A stretch of 62,616 nt of DNA, counting the filler, from Aduncisulcus paluster (Eukaryota): the NCBI GenBank assembly GCA_024181965.1. It is 7 parts of 7 records of this genome, joined end to end, with 100 filler letters (N's around TTAATTAATTAA, not from the genome) between each part and the next. Parts side by side here need not be neighbours in the genome. Positions count along the whole stretch, not along the records: positions 1 to 9,468 come from BQXS01010901.1; positions 9,569 to 24,185 come from BQXS01010902.1; 5 more parts are not named here. The stretch is one strand, 5' to 3'. Shown in pieces: positions 1 to 11,789 of the stretch (its first letter is position 1; the number at the start of each line of letters is the position of its first letter). The notes under the pieces are model-generated. The model was not told the DNA's origin and made no database searches. It worked only from the letters and a program-made list of their open reading frames with translations. The position numbers were made by a program, and so were the translations under genes.

Positions 1-742
1 TATGGACCCATAATGAAATTAAAGCTAGATAAATTTTATTTTGAAGAGATATTAAGGAAAAAAAGAGGAGGAAAAACGGTATTTTCAATTTTACACAATC
101 ATTTAAAAAAGACGCTACGTTTTCTGAAATGCATGCGGATAATCCCAATCTTCCTCCTCTTCTCTTGTATTCTCGAAACTTCCGGATAAACAATAGATAT
201 TCAGTTCTTTCAAATAGTTCAAGCACTGGAGGGCTCTCCACCGGTAATAATTGAGTCAGTACTTCCGAATCACCAGATTGCGACTGTACAATCGGGTTTT
301 CATCACCACACATGATCCTCGACTTCAAGTGTCCTAATGACAATTTCGACACTTCTTTTTCCTCTTTAGACCCTTCACCGGAACTTTTTTCTTCCTCTTC
401 TCCCTCTTCATCCTCATCATAAGACTTTTCAAGCTTTTTTCCTGCACTCCCTAATCTCGTTTCCAAATCTGCAAACCTTCTCTCATTTTCTTCTTCCATT
501 CTACTCAATTTCATCATAATCCTTCCTAAAGTATCTTCCATCATCTTTTTAACGCTCTGCTCATCTTCCCGTTCACTTTTCTCAACGTCATCCATAACAT
601 TACTATTCTGCTCTAATCCCAACTCTAAAGGTCGCTTACTAATCGGCGTCTGGGCTCCACTGACCACCGAATCAATCATAGACATCCCAGAGCCGCCCAA
701 ATTGCGCTCCGCCGTCTCTCTTGCTCTTCTTTTTTTCCCCAT
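1..742 (-). mobile_element. Gag-like ORF of an LTR retrotransposon; runs off the window start, so it is not in the ORF track
   Basis: Manual translation from ATG at 742: MGKKRRARET...PPVLELFERTEYLLFIRKFREYKRRGGRLGLSACIS. This aligns by eye with IPYLETLNPETWRKFSRDFKHYKALGGKRTWPTLCS of ORF 8840-9468. It lies in a contig full of Ty3/Gypsy relics. Confidence 0.55.
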
Positions 743-875
743 ACAAAATTAAATTAAAAGGAAAATTTTCAGTTGTAATACACTAAATAATATTATTTTA
801 GATCTTTCAAGAATATGAAAGGGGCCAAATTTACTGTTTCAAATAAAATCAATTTCCATTTTCAAGCAATCAAAA

Positions 876-2437
876 TTGCTTACATCACGAAAAGACACAG
901 TTTCAATATTGTTGGAAACTTCACGAAAGTTTTTATTTTTAAACGATTTTGGGCAAATATTTTGTAAAGAATGTGAATCAACATTCGTTAACTCCAAATT
1001 TGCTTTATGTAGCCATATTCTTTCAACAAAACATATATCATTACTCAAGAAGACTATGACTCCCAAAAACAAAGAAATTAAAGACTTTCGACATTTACTA
1101 TTAGAAAAAGCAACAATAACACAGACTCCTCTATATCGAATGACAAAAATAATCGATCAAAAATTAATTTCCTTCATTTTGTCTCACCCCCATATTCTAC
1201 CATCCCATCATCCACTTTATACTACGAAGAATCTATTTATCTCGAGGAAGAAATGGATAAATTAGATGATTTCCTCCTAAACAAACAGATATCGATTATT
1301 CTTGATAAAGGCCACATTTCAAGGGCAGAAAAAACTTGCTATCGTTGTCAAAACGCCAAATAAGATTTATTCTTTGGATTATATCAATGTAACTGAGGTA
1401 AAATCAAAATCTTCAATTTTGAAGCAATATTATGAACAATATGCAATATCAAAAAAAGCACCCGTTTAATTGAACATTCTATTGATTTTCAGAATATTTA
1501 TTCCATTACAAGCGATAGAGAGCCAATGATGATTTCGTTATGTGAAGAAATTATAAGATGTGGGGTTGGAAAATTCTGGTGTGGGTGTATCTCTCATATT
1601 TTGAATAGTATAATTGAACATTATTTTTCATATTTATTTCCATCAATTAAGAAGTTTTTATTAATTTTAAATTCATTATTTCGATTTGGTAGCGTTGTAG
1701 ATTTAGATTTATTTTCTAGGCATAATTGTCCAAAGATTAAATATTGTGGCATACGTTGGACGAGTATATTAACCGAATTTTTAAAAGTATGTAATAATTG
1801 GGATAATTATAGAGTGGCGATTTCGGCATTTCCAAAGAAAACTGCAAAGACAAAATTTTGTCTTGATTTTCTCAAGTCAAAATCATATTTAAAGTTTGTT
1901 AAAGAATTAAAAACACATTTTATTCCTCTTGCTATATCAGCAATACGAGCATCCCAATCAAATTTTTTATCATTTTCGAATTATTTATTATTAATTAAGT
2001 TCAAAGCCAAACTTAGAATATCATGGCAGGCTTTATAAATTCCAACTGATATTTTCTCCAAGACATGGGCTGAATTAGAAAAAACCATTGAAATAACCTA
2101 TCTCTCAGTGGTATTTCGGATTCCAAATGAATCATTTAAGAACCCCATTTCCAGCATTTCAATTCCACGAATTTTAGAATTTCTAAAATTTTCACAGATA
2201 TCAAAACAAATGATGGTTAAAGGTGTAAGGTCATATAAGCAAGCAATTGAGAGAGGAGGTTTTGACAAAAAGAATTGGGAACTCGATTTTAGTGAGTTTG
2301 GAATCTTCGTTCAGCGTTGTCTTTCTATATCAGCCAGTGGAGCCTGTATCGAAAGATTATTTAAGACTTGCAGAGAATTTTGCACTCCTTTACGTGGTGT
2401 TCAGACTATTGATATTGCTTTCAAAGGCTTTTGTTAA
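876..2437 (+). mobile_element. Degenerate hAT-superfamily transposase (frameshifts and stops)
   Basis: Three collinear ORF pieces: an N-terminal zinc finger (CKEC...HILSTKH), the hAT CxxH motif (WCGCISHILN), and the C-terminal dimerisation motif (LSISASGACIERLFK). No TIR or 8-bp TSD identified. Confidence 0.75.
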
Positions 2438-2715
2438 GTATAATTATTGGGTAAATGTTGAATAAATATATACAATATAACTTTTAAATAAGATTAAACA
2501 TTTTGCAATAAATCCATTTGCGATCAAAAAACTGAAATCAGATTTAGATCCATTTCTACAAACTCATATCTTGCAGTTTTATCGGAAGTTCAGATATCGT
2601 ATCAAATATAATAATAGTATTTATTCATCAAATAAATGAATTAAATGATTTTGGATCATAAATATTGCTTTTTCGCAAGGACATATTTTGGAAACTGTGA
2701 TTTGTTGTTGATGTC

Positions 2716-3383
2716 TGGAATAAGATAAATACCAAACTTGAGCCACTATAGGTAGTGATAGTGGTAAAAGGATTAATTTGCAAGTTGAATTATCGGTTGG
2801 CAGCTGTTTAAAAGATTCTTTGTTTGCTCTTATACCTCCGCTTGGCGAGCCGGTCATCATCATAACCAACCTCGGATGAATGCTGATTCTCTTGTACGAG
2901 GCTTAATTCGAGTCATGCTCCAGACAAGATCAGGCAATATCTGGGATTTGTGTGATATTGAGGATTCTCAAGGAAGACGATGGGCGGGTCGTCATCTGAG
3001 GATCATAGTGTGTCAACATGACATAATAGGAGATAATACNNNNNNNNNNNNNNNNNNNNTGGAATAAGATAAATACCTAACTTGAGCCACTATAGGTAGT
3101 GATAGTGGTAAAAGGATTAATTTGCAAGTTGAATGATCGGTTGGCAGCTGTTTAAAAGATTCTTTGTTTGCTCTTATACCTCCGCTTGGCGAGCCGGTCA
3201 TCATCATAACCAACCTCGGATGAATGCTGATTCTCTTGTACGAGGCTTAATTCGAGTCATGCTCCAGACAAGATCAGGCAATATCTGGGATTTGTGTGAT
3301 ATTGAGGATTCTCAAGGAAGACGATGGGCGGGTCGTCATCTGAGGATCATAGTGTGTCAACATGACATAATAGGAGATAATAC
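2716..3383. repeat. 324-bp direct duplication flanking a 20-N gap (2716-3039 and 3060-3383)
   Basis: The copies are identical apart from 2 substitutions seen (accaaactt/acctaactt; aattatcgg/aatgatcgg). Probably uncollapsed overlap or haplotype at a scaffold gap. Confidence 0.9.
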
Positions 3384-3539
3384 TCCTTCATAAATAGCTG
3401 CCGTTGAATGTCAACAAATAACAGATGTTTGTATTGCTGATGATTTACTTACAGACGATGAAATAATCGTAAGGATCCGAACTGGCCCCCATCGAGCTTA
3501 TTTTCCTGACGGAGAAGCAACATCATCTGCATTATTAGC

Positions 3540-4106
3540 ATGTGGATGCGGATTGTTCAATCAGAACAAACAATAAGAGAACAGCTCGCCGCAATTGAAA
3601 ATGTCCCTCGCGAAGTTCAGGCTGTTCGTACCGCTTTTCATGATTTACAAACGGCAAGAAAGCATGCAACAGTTAATATTACTGTGGCAGTTGCCTTCAA
3701 TGTTGTTGGAGAACTTGGGCCACAAATTGAGCAATACATTTTCGATAAAACTCATGAAATACGAGAAAGACGGAGCCATGAGATTTATCTTGGTTATGAT
3801 GTACATGAAATACTTCAAACACAAAGAGAAACAGTGACACGTTCTGGTGTTGGCCCTATTCTGGAGGCTGATCATGAAGGGTCTCCATTGTCTGAGGGGA
3901 AGTGGATCAAATGGGTCAAGAACTTGAACAAGGAGAAGAAGAGAATCATGCAGCCCAAGAAGAGGAAGTGGGTCAAGAACTTGAAGAAAGAGAAGTGGAC
4001 TGATTCTAAAAATACTTTATTCAACAAGAACTTGGCCACTTCCATTTTACATTTTAATTTAAAGATCAACAACTTTAATATTTTTACTGAAACATACTAT
4101 GTTTAG
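3540..4106 (+). pseudogene. Unidentified degenerate coding remnant
   Basis: Protein-like first ~110 aa, followed by a repeated WVKNL..EK segment. Upstream broken frames suggest a longer decayed gene. No family recognised. Confidence 0.25.
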
Positions 4107-4141
4107 TATATACTATATATGTCGTAGTAGTACTACGGACC

Positions 4142-5968
4142 TTACATCTCCGATTCATGTTTCAACTTCTTGCGGTCTGGATTATCTTTTAGATAGTCAT
4201 CGAGCTTATCCAAGTCCTTCACATCCTTATACTGTAACCAAATGTTGGAATCCTCATCATATCCAACTCATGATACTAAAAATTCAATGGATTTCTTTGA
4301 TGGACCTCTATGTTCTAAAACCTTGTCTACAAAATATTCTTCGCCATCAGCTGCCCTTGCCACCTTCTCCTGTTCTTCCGACGCATCGGAATGGTACTTT
4401 CTTAGACGAGATACATGCACGGAGTTATTCTTTCCGCCATTAATATCCTTGATGATATAATAAAACTTACTTTTTCTCCTTACGATTTCAAACGGCCCCA
4501 TATTTACCGGATCGGTCTTCCTGCCTCTAATTACTCTCATCAACAGCACTTTCTCTCCAACATCAAACGAATCTTCGGCTGAGGAATTTGTTTTTGCCGT
4601 CAATACTGCTCTTTGTCGGGTCTCAGCAATTTCTGTCCTCCTCTCCAACTTTTTATCGAACAAACTCACATAATTCTTCCACATCTCCTTCGTCTCTTCT
4701 TCTGATATTGAAGCTAAATCATCAATATCGCCTTTTCTCAGGTGTTTCAATAAATTGTACTGTTCCATACAGAAGTTCTCTTGGCGAGTGCCCCGTCACT
4801 GAGTTCTTAATTCCATTCAAGATACAAGAAATGATCGGAATTGCTTGCCACCAGTTGTGTCTTTCCAATCCTGCAGCAAAAAACTTTCGAAGAAGTTCAC
4901 CAATAAACCTTTGTCTCTGATCCTTCGGATGGTTTCCGTTTGAGAAGCATGTCCGACTGTGCTGTTGTGGAAGGTCGAAAGCATTTCGCGGAATAATGGT
5001 TTATCTGCTGCTGGTACCACGATTTTCCCTTTTCCATCTATAATGTAGGTGTCCATGATTTCGGTGTTAAGTTTTTCTTCCTCGCTGAGATTTTTGTTGG
5101 TGATTGTTGAGGTGTTAATCTCATAGCTTTGACATGTCCTACGCGAGACAGAGCAGCGGCTACTGGATTGTCTGCCCCTGCAACATGTTCGATATCGATG
5201 TCGAACTCGTTCAGGTATAGTCGCCAACGAATTACCTTCACTGAACTGGACAAATATAAGAAATTCTTGTGATCAGTTCTAATCGTGAAATGTACTCCCC
5301 TTAGGTATTGTTCGCATACTGACACAGTATTTGATCGCAAACATCTCTTGTTCATTTGTAGTCCATCGTCTTTCAGTTGGGTTCAGGGTTTTGGATAGAA
5401 ACGCGATAGTTCTTGGCTCGCCGTCAACTTCCTGAAATAAAATGCCACCAACTCCAAGGTTTGAGGGATCCGTTTGTAGGATTATTGGATAGTTATAGTC
5501 GATGTGGGCTAGGATTGATCGTGAAGCGAGGTATGATTTCAGTTCCATGAGCTCTTATCCGCTTGCTCCGTCCATTTAAAGGTTTTCGCTCGTAGCATGC
5601 TTTGTATTGGTTCGATAACCTCAGCATAGTGTTCAATGTTCTTCTTATAGTGGTTGAAAAGTCACACACTTGCCTTACCCCTTTGAGATTGTTTGGAGGT
5701 CTAAGTGTGAGGATGTCTGAAATTCGACTTTTGGACACTCTTATACCATCTAAGGATATTTCCCTGCCTAAATATTCTAATTTAGGTGCTTCGATAACAC
5801 ATCACGGTGCATTATAACGAAGATTCAGTTCTTTTATACTATAAACGTAGTACGTTTAAAAACTATTTCTAAGTTTTTAAATAATTCATCGTCTGAGTTG
5901 GCGAAGACCACAATATCATCGATGAATATGTTACATTGCTTATCGACTAAGTCTTTCCAGATTCTCGA
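4142..5968 (-). mobile_element. Ty3/Gypsy chromodomain-bearing pol relic (RT C-half, RNase H, partial integrase, chromodomain)
   Basis: RT FIDDIVVF (~5905-5930); RNase H ILQTDPSNLGVGGIL and FTIRTDHKN; integrase zinc finger start FHNSTVGH; GPF motif. The chromodomain EEYFVDKVLEHR...EFLVS*VGYDEDSNIW continues past a TGA to a stop at 4142. The integrase core is partly deleted near 4905. Confidence 0.9.
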
Positions 5969-6745
5969 AAATAACAGTGGGGATGTGTCCGGGTGGACAG
6001 ATCCTCAGCTTCAGGGATACTTCTGTAATGAACAATAATCCAAGGATTGAGGTTTATCATTTTTATTTTCGTTTAATCACTTTTTATATTTTGGTTTATT
6101 GAATATATGGGAATATAGACTGCAGGGAGTTTGTTGTTTAAACTCCCGAAACAATCATCTGAACAAATAAATTTGGCCACATTAAAGTTTAAAAGATTTT
6201 ATTTCTGCCCCTCTATAGTATTTTAGATAAATTTATCTACTTTTTATTAATTTATAACAGTCAGAATGGATATTCGCTCTTTTGCAAGCGTAAAAACTGC
6301 ACTGGACGAGATTCTTGCTAATATTTGCAATTATTTTTATTCCCAAAAAGAATTATTACAAGATTATAGATTCTTGTGACCAGATAATAATTGAAGCTGG
6401 AAAACAGGTAAAAACCAGAACCGTCGGATCAAGGAGTGTCAAGTTAGGGGTTCTGGCGTCTCAACATAATCTGGTTACAATGTCCTCTCCGGCTGATCTG
6501 AGTTGTACTCACAGCACGTTGGAGATCTGGCTCTTCTGTTAAACCTTATATTAATCTGACGTGGAAATGTAATACATTTTGACGTGATTTTTTGTACAAA
6601 CTTGATATAAAATTTGTATAAATGTCGCAATAGTCATTGTAACATGCAATTTTAATATTTTAAAAGCACAAAACAATAATAAAACATACTAATTCATAAT
6701 TTTTTGTGGATTTTTTCGGAAAATATCTGTGTACTAATAAATTTT

Positions 6746-8750
6746 TTAAAATCCGTTATCAAGACTCTGACAACTCTGAAACATCTCATTTACGTTAAAA
6801 AGAGGTATAATTATAGTAAATCTAGAGAAATCATCAACTGCCACTAGGAAATGTTTGAAATTATTCCTACTAGGACCAATAGTATTGGTATCCAAAGGGC
6901 CCACTGTGTCAACTGACACGCGTTCAAAAACGTACGATGCCCGCAAATGAGCGATCGAATTGGGGGTTTTTCCCTTCTTGGATTTTTGGCAAATCAAGCA
7001 TGTTTTCCCGATCATTTCCGCATCCTTTTGGATGTTTTTCCATTTATATCCCCGCTCTTTTAGGACTTTCACCATCAAGTTGGGTGAAGCGTGGCCAAGT
7101 TCTACATGGATTTTCTCCACTATGAGCCTGTTTGAATCACGAAGAACTGGCTGTATTGAAAATGAAAATCCAGTTTGCTTGGATGTTAATAAAGGTCTGT
7201 CTGGCTCTGTAAACTCATCCAGGCGAGACAGGAAATTATACCGTATTAGTGGTTCCTGGAATGTGTTTGATTGTGAACGAAAATTGATGTAATTTCATTC
7301 TCCATCTAATCACCTTGGGAACTTCGCTCTTGAAAATGAAACCGAGATTCCTGTGGTCAGTTTCAACCAGGAATTCTTTTCCTACTAGGAATTTATTAGT
7401 AATAAAAAGTATGCATTAGAAATAATTCCATAGACCATTCCGAAGGCCTCCTGTTCATAAGTACTCCATCTTGTCTCGGTACGATTGAATTTTCTGGCGA
7501 AAAGATTGATCAATCTCTCCTTACCGAGTGGATCGACTTGTATCAAAATCCCCCCGATTCCAGAGTTTGAAGCATCTGTTCGGACAATAAATTTCCCTTC
7601 AGGGGAGGCATGACACAGTGTAAGACGACGTTCCAATGTGTTAAAATGTTATTCCACGCCTGTGATTGTTCCGAACCCATGCTGTTTTCTTATAAGGTTT
7701 CTTCATTATTCTCGTTATAGGCTCCGCACTCCGTGAGTTGTCTGGAATAAACTCGCGCAGATAATTTAACTTTTCAATCATTCTCTGGACTTCTTTCAGG
7801 GAAGATGGGAGCGTCAAACTCCGCAAGTTGCCCAACTTCTTGGAGTCAATTTTTCTGCCTTCTCCGGAAATAATGAAACCCAAATATTTAACTTTGTGCA
7901 TACCTATTTTGCATTTCGCCAGGTTTAAACAGAAGTTGAAATCCGCCAAGCGATCCAAAACCCTTTTCAAATTCGTGAGGAATTCCACATTGTCTTTTCC
8001 AAAGACAAGTATATCGTCCAAATAAATCAGACAGGCACAGGGTACGAGGTCTTTGAAAATGCTATTAATGCACCTTTGGAAGTGAGCTGGGGCTGTTTTT
8101 AGCCCAAAAGGCATACGATTCCACTGATATAAGCCCCACGGTGTTATGAACGCCGTGATGTGTTTCGTTGGTTCGGCCACTTCTATGTTGAAATACCCTC
8201 TGCGTAAATCCAATGCTCCAAATACCGTTTTGCCTGATAAAGCTGTAAAAAGTGAGTCTTGCCTGGGGATAGGGTATTGGTCATTCGGGGAAATTCTGTT
8301 CAACCTTGTAAAGTCGCAGCACAGCCTCAGTTGGCCGTTACCTCTTCTTGCCAATACTATTGGAGCCGCAAACGGACTTTTGGAGGGCGAAATAAAATTA
8401 AATTCCAGCAGTTCATCGATAAGGGCCTTCACTTCTTCCTGTAAATGGAAAGGAATTCTTCTGGCTTTTGACGCTGGTGGAGTGTTATCCGGCGGAAAGG
8501 CTAAGGTGAAAGCTGGAACTTTCGCTGGTTTTCTTTTATCAATCCTGGCAAGGTAGGGTTCCAAAAGGCGTTTTTGCCGTATGATCTCTGGTCTGAGATC
8601 CTCAATTTCGCAGATCCATTCCGAGCTAGTGTCATCCAGAGGAGAGACAATTTCTTCGTTCAAATCTTCCTCGATAAACTTGGAATCTTCTTCTGGGTTT
8701 GGTTCCGGCCAATCGAGTAAAGAATTGTTGGGAATCCTTAGATTCTCAAG
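6746..8750 (-). mobile_element. Second Ty3/Gypsy pol relic (RT, RNase H, integrase N-half)
   Basis: RT motifs LRLCCDFTRLN, ALDLRRGYF, RMPFGLKTAP, YLDDILV; RNase H VRTDASNSGIGG; integrase H-x4-H...CLIC and VSVDTVGP...VAVDDFSRF. Several frameshifts. Confidence 0.93.
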
Positions 8751-8839
8751 GTCTAATTATAGACTCTGGATCCATTGTGTTTATTTAATAAATTGTATCA
8801 AACAATTCTTACTATAAACTACAATAGTACTATTGAGAG

Positions 8840-9468
8840 ATGGGAAAGATTGTTAGAAACAAGAAATCCGATCAGGACTCTCGTATGACAGGAATACAAA
8901 TTCCTTACCTGGAAACGCTTAACCCTGAAACGTGGAGGAAATTCTCAAGGGATTTCAAACACTACAAAGCGTTAGGAGGCAAACGAACTTGGCCGACATT
9001 ATGTTCAGCGACTGCATTGCGTGTCGTGAAGATTCTTTCTGGAGTGACACATTTTACGACTCGAAAGAACTGCCGCTCGGCAAAACTCAGCCTTAACAAG
9101 GTGTTTAAGGTTACTTCGCCTTTAGGTCTCAGTGATCGCTTAAAAGATACCTGTATGAAGACCGACCTAACCATCAAGGCATTATCTCTTTATGTGGACA
9201 AGTTTGTCGAACTTGTGGAGGCCGCACCGAAAGCTTTGGAGAATAAGACCCTTGTACAACTATTTATTCGAGGTTTGTTCACTAAGCGATTAAGAGTCCG
9301 GGTTCTTACCGCGGTAGGACCTGACTGTGAGGAATACGATGAAACAATCAAAGTATCCTTCACTCAGCTGTCTTCCCTGCTGAGTAGTCTGGAAGAAAGC
9401 GAAGCTGTGCAGAAACAAATGGCTTTTGAACGGAAACAAGGCAACAGATTTACTCAAGAAAGAAAACG
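8840..9468 (+). mobile_element. Gag-like ORF, truncated by the contig end
   Basis: Retrotransposon-gag-like helical pattern (LSLYVDKFVELV...LVQLFIRGL...LRVRV). Shares a motif with ORF 1-742 and is adjacent to a pol relic. Confidence 0.6.
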
Positions 9469-9568
9469 NNNNNNNNNNNNNNNNNNNNNNNNNNNNNNNN
9501 NNNNNNNNNNNNTTAATTAATTAANNNNNNNNNNNNNNNNNNNNNNNNNNNNNNNNNNNNNNNNNNNN
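9469..9568. other. Artificial contig linker (N44-TTAATTAATTAA-N44); also at 24186-24285, 34180-34279, 40475-40574, 46631-46730 and 56706-56805
   Basis: The identical 100-nt spacer with six-frame stops occurs six times, and genes are truncated at it. Confidence 0.98.
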
Positions 9569-10971
9569 CATCGACTCCCATGCAACATGCTCAACCCATG
9601 CAACATCATGCTCAGCCCAGCTCTATCAGTCCCATCACACACTCTGTGCCGTCATCTTTATCTTCTTCATCCGCTGTTTATCACAATGCTCCTCAAAAGT
9701 CCAAAATGGCTATCCCAATTGACGAGGATCTTGAATATCTCCCCTCTTCCAAGACCCAAAAGATGTTGGCATCTCACCCTCCCTCCAGCACCCTCCCAGG
9801 TCATATCCACTCGATCCCTGCTTCATCAGTTCAAAGATCTCCGTACCCTCGGCCACAACAATCAACCCCTATGGCACAATCCCAAGCCTCCTCTTCATCT
9901 AATCCCATGAACGTAACCGTGAGTGCCATCCAGGCTGACGTCATCCAATGCATCAATCACATCAATAAGCTTTATCAAATCCAATCGACGTCGTTTTCTC
10001 GCCTGCAGAAAGATGTTTCCGATCATGCCTCCAAATTCGCTTCTTTCTCTCCCACCTCAATTATCAAGAAAGATTTCGACAGGGTGATGGAATATTTTAA
10101 AAAATTGATCGCCAAGGAGGTTGGTACCCTCAAAACCCAACAAAATAACAGCGGGAAAACCCTTGACAAACTTTTATCCTCAATGGAGCTTCGGTGGGAA
10201 GAGAAAGAGAAGAAAGACGAGCTTATGAGACAAGAGTTGGAGCATGAAAAGGAAAGACAGAGACAACTAATTCTGGGTGCCATCGAAACAGGACAACCGA
10301 TTGTACCCCCTTCCTCCTCCTCTTCTTCCTCTTCTTCTCCTGCTTCCTCGATATATAAACTGTTTGCGACTGTGATGCACGAAGTATCGAAGAGTGTGGA
10401 TTCTGCAAAAGATGATATGTTCAAGGAAGTTGAGAAAGTCCGGGCTGATATTCATGGACATGGTGTCATTGATCAATTATCGATAAAAATAGAACATCTT
10501 GAGAAGAAAATGGAGCATGCTGAGAAAAGAGAGAAAGAACTGATTCAGAAAATTGAAGGAGATCGCAAGAAGAGTTTTGATGCTTATAGAGGCAAGATTG
10601 TCCACCTTGAACAAAAGCTTGAGAAGGAAAAAGAAGAGAGATCTTCTCTCAAAAAGAGTATTTCGAGTGTCTTGGGCCAGTTTTCTTTGCTGAAACAATC
10701 TTTTGAAACCTTCCAGAAGCAAAAAGAAGCCGATCAAAAGAAAGCAGAAGAGAGGAGAAAAGAGGAGAAAGAAAGTGGAAAGAGGCGCCATGCTGAAGAG
10801 CCCATGGAGGATATTATTCATCGTCAAATGTCAGAGGTTGAGAGGAGGTTGCGAGTTATGGTCAGTGAAAATGAAAAACAAACCACCGTCCAGTTTCGAA
10901 AGTTTAATTTCCATTTAGTTCAGCTACAAAAAGCTATCCAAAAGTGCTCCTCTAGTTTTGAATCCAAGTAA
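9569..10971 (+). CDS. Hypothetical coiled-coil protein (5'-partial)
   Basis: 463-aa ORF with an S/P/Q-rich N-terminus and an E/K-rich heptad C-half. Open from the contig start. Confidence 0.75.
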
Positions 10972-11020
10972 TTATTATTTCCCCATCAATATAACATTAA
11001 CAGAAATGTAGAAGTATTTT

Positions 11021-11110
11021 CTATACTGTACTATACTGTACTACTATACTATACTGTACTATACTATACTGTACTATACATAATACTGTACTGATTACTG
11101 TACTCTACTG
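11021..11110. repeat. Pentanucleotide microsatellite (TACTA/TACTG units)
   Basis: ctatactgtactatactgtactactatactatactgtact... Confidence 0.9.
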
Positions 11111-11789
11111 AATTTGAACCGGTTTGAATCATAGTTTTTGTCATGTAAATTAGTTAATGATCTCTCTATTTTGTCATAATGGATAATTGTATGTAAAATG
11201 CTCGATTTTGCGGACAAACTTTCTATTATGCGTTAGGATTTCATGAAATAGTGCTAAAACAATGATTCCTTTAAATGTTTTCCAAGGTTATACTGTCATT
11301 GCCTTGATTAATAAACTCTGGCAACTAACACACAACGAGACAATTATATAGTCTCTTCAATGATAGAAAGTCGAAAAGCTACGATACGAGTTGCTGTACA
11401 GTTGATATCTTAAGTAACAGATAAAAAAGTTTATAATATAAACAGCATTAAATAGATTAATAATTCATAACAATCACAAATAGGATAGATTTTACTTTCA
11501 TTGATGAACCGGTAATTTGCCGTTGCTGAGTCGCCGAAATTTTCAAATTTCAAAAATTGAGTTTGTTTAGGATTCTAAAAGATCTTTGACTTGATTATTT
11601 AACATTTGATATGTTATCACATGTTCGTTAGTTTTATTTTTCATTTTGATGCGATTTTGGTTCTTCCAGAACTGTTCTGGCAGAACAACATGTGTATAAA
11701 TAATTATAAAATAATTATTCTGACTTATATGTAATTGAAAACTTCCTTTTCCTTGCTTTTGATTTAATTCAACAATATTTCAAAACCAG

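Noticed and set aside
876-2437. Local hAT transposase as the maker of the TA scars
   Set aside because: hAT elements normally duplicate 8 bp, whereas the scars duplicate only TA. No termini were found to link them, so this is not supported, though not excluded.
781-2762. CACTA at 781 and CACTA/TAGTG at ~2744-2762 as CACTA-element termini
   Set aside because: No extended terminal inverted repeat or target duplication.
2716-3383. Direct repeat as an LTR pair
   Set aside because: The copies abut an N gap, lack TG...CA ends and enclose nothing.
8351-8363. ccaata-C-tattgg hairpin resembling a scar
   Set aside because: It is a single hairpin encoding the normal RT motif APIVLA with no insertion, so it is a chance palindrome. 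This is why only double hairpins that restore motifs were counted.
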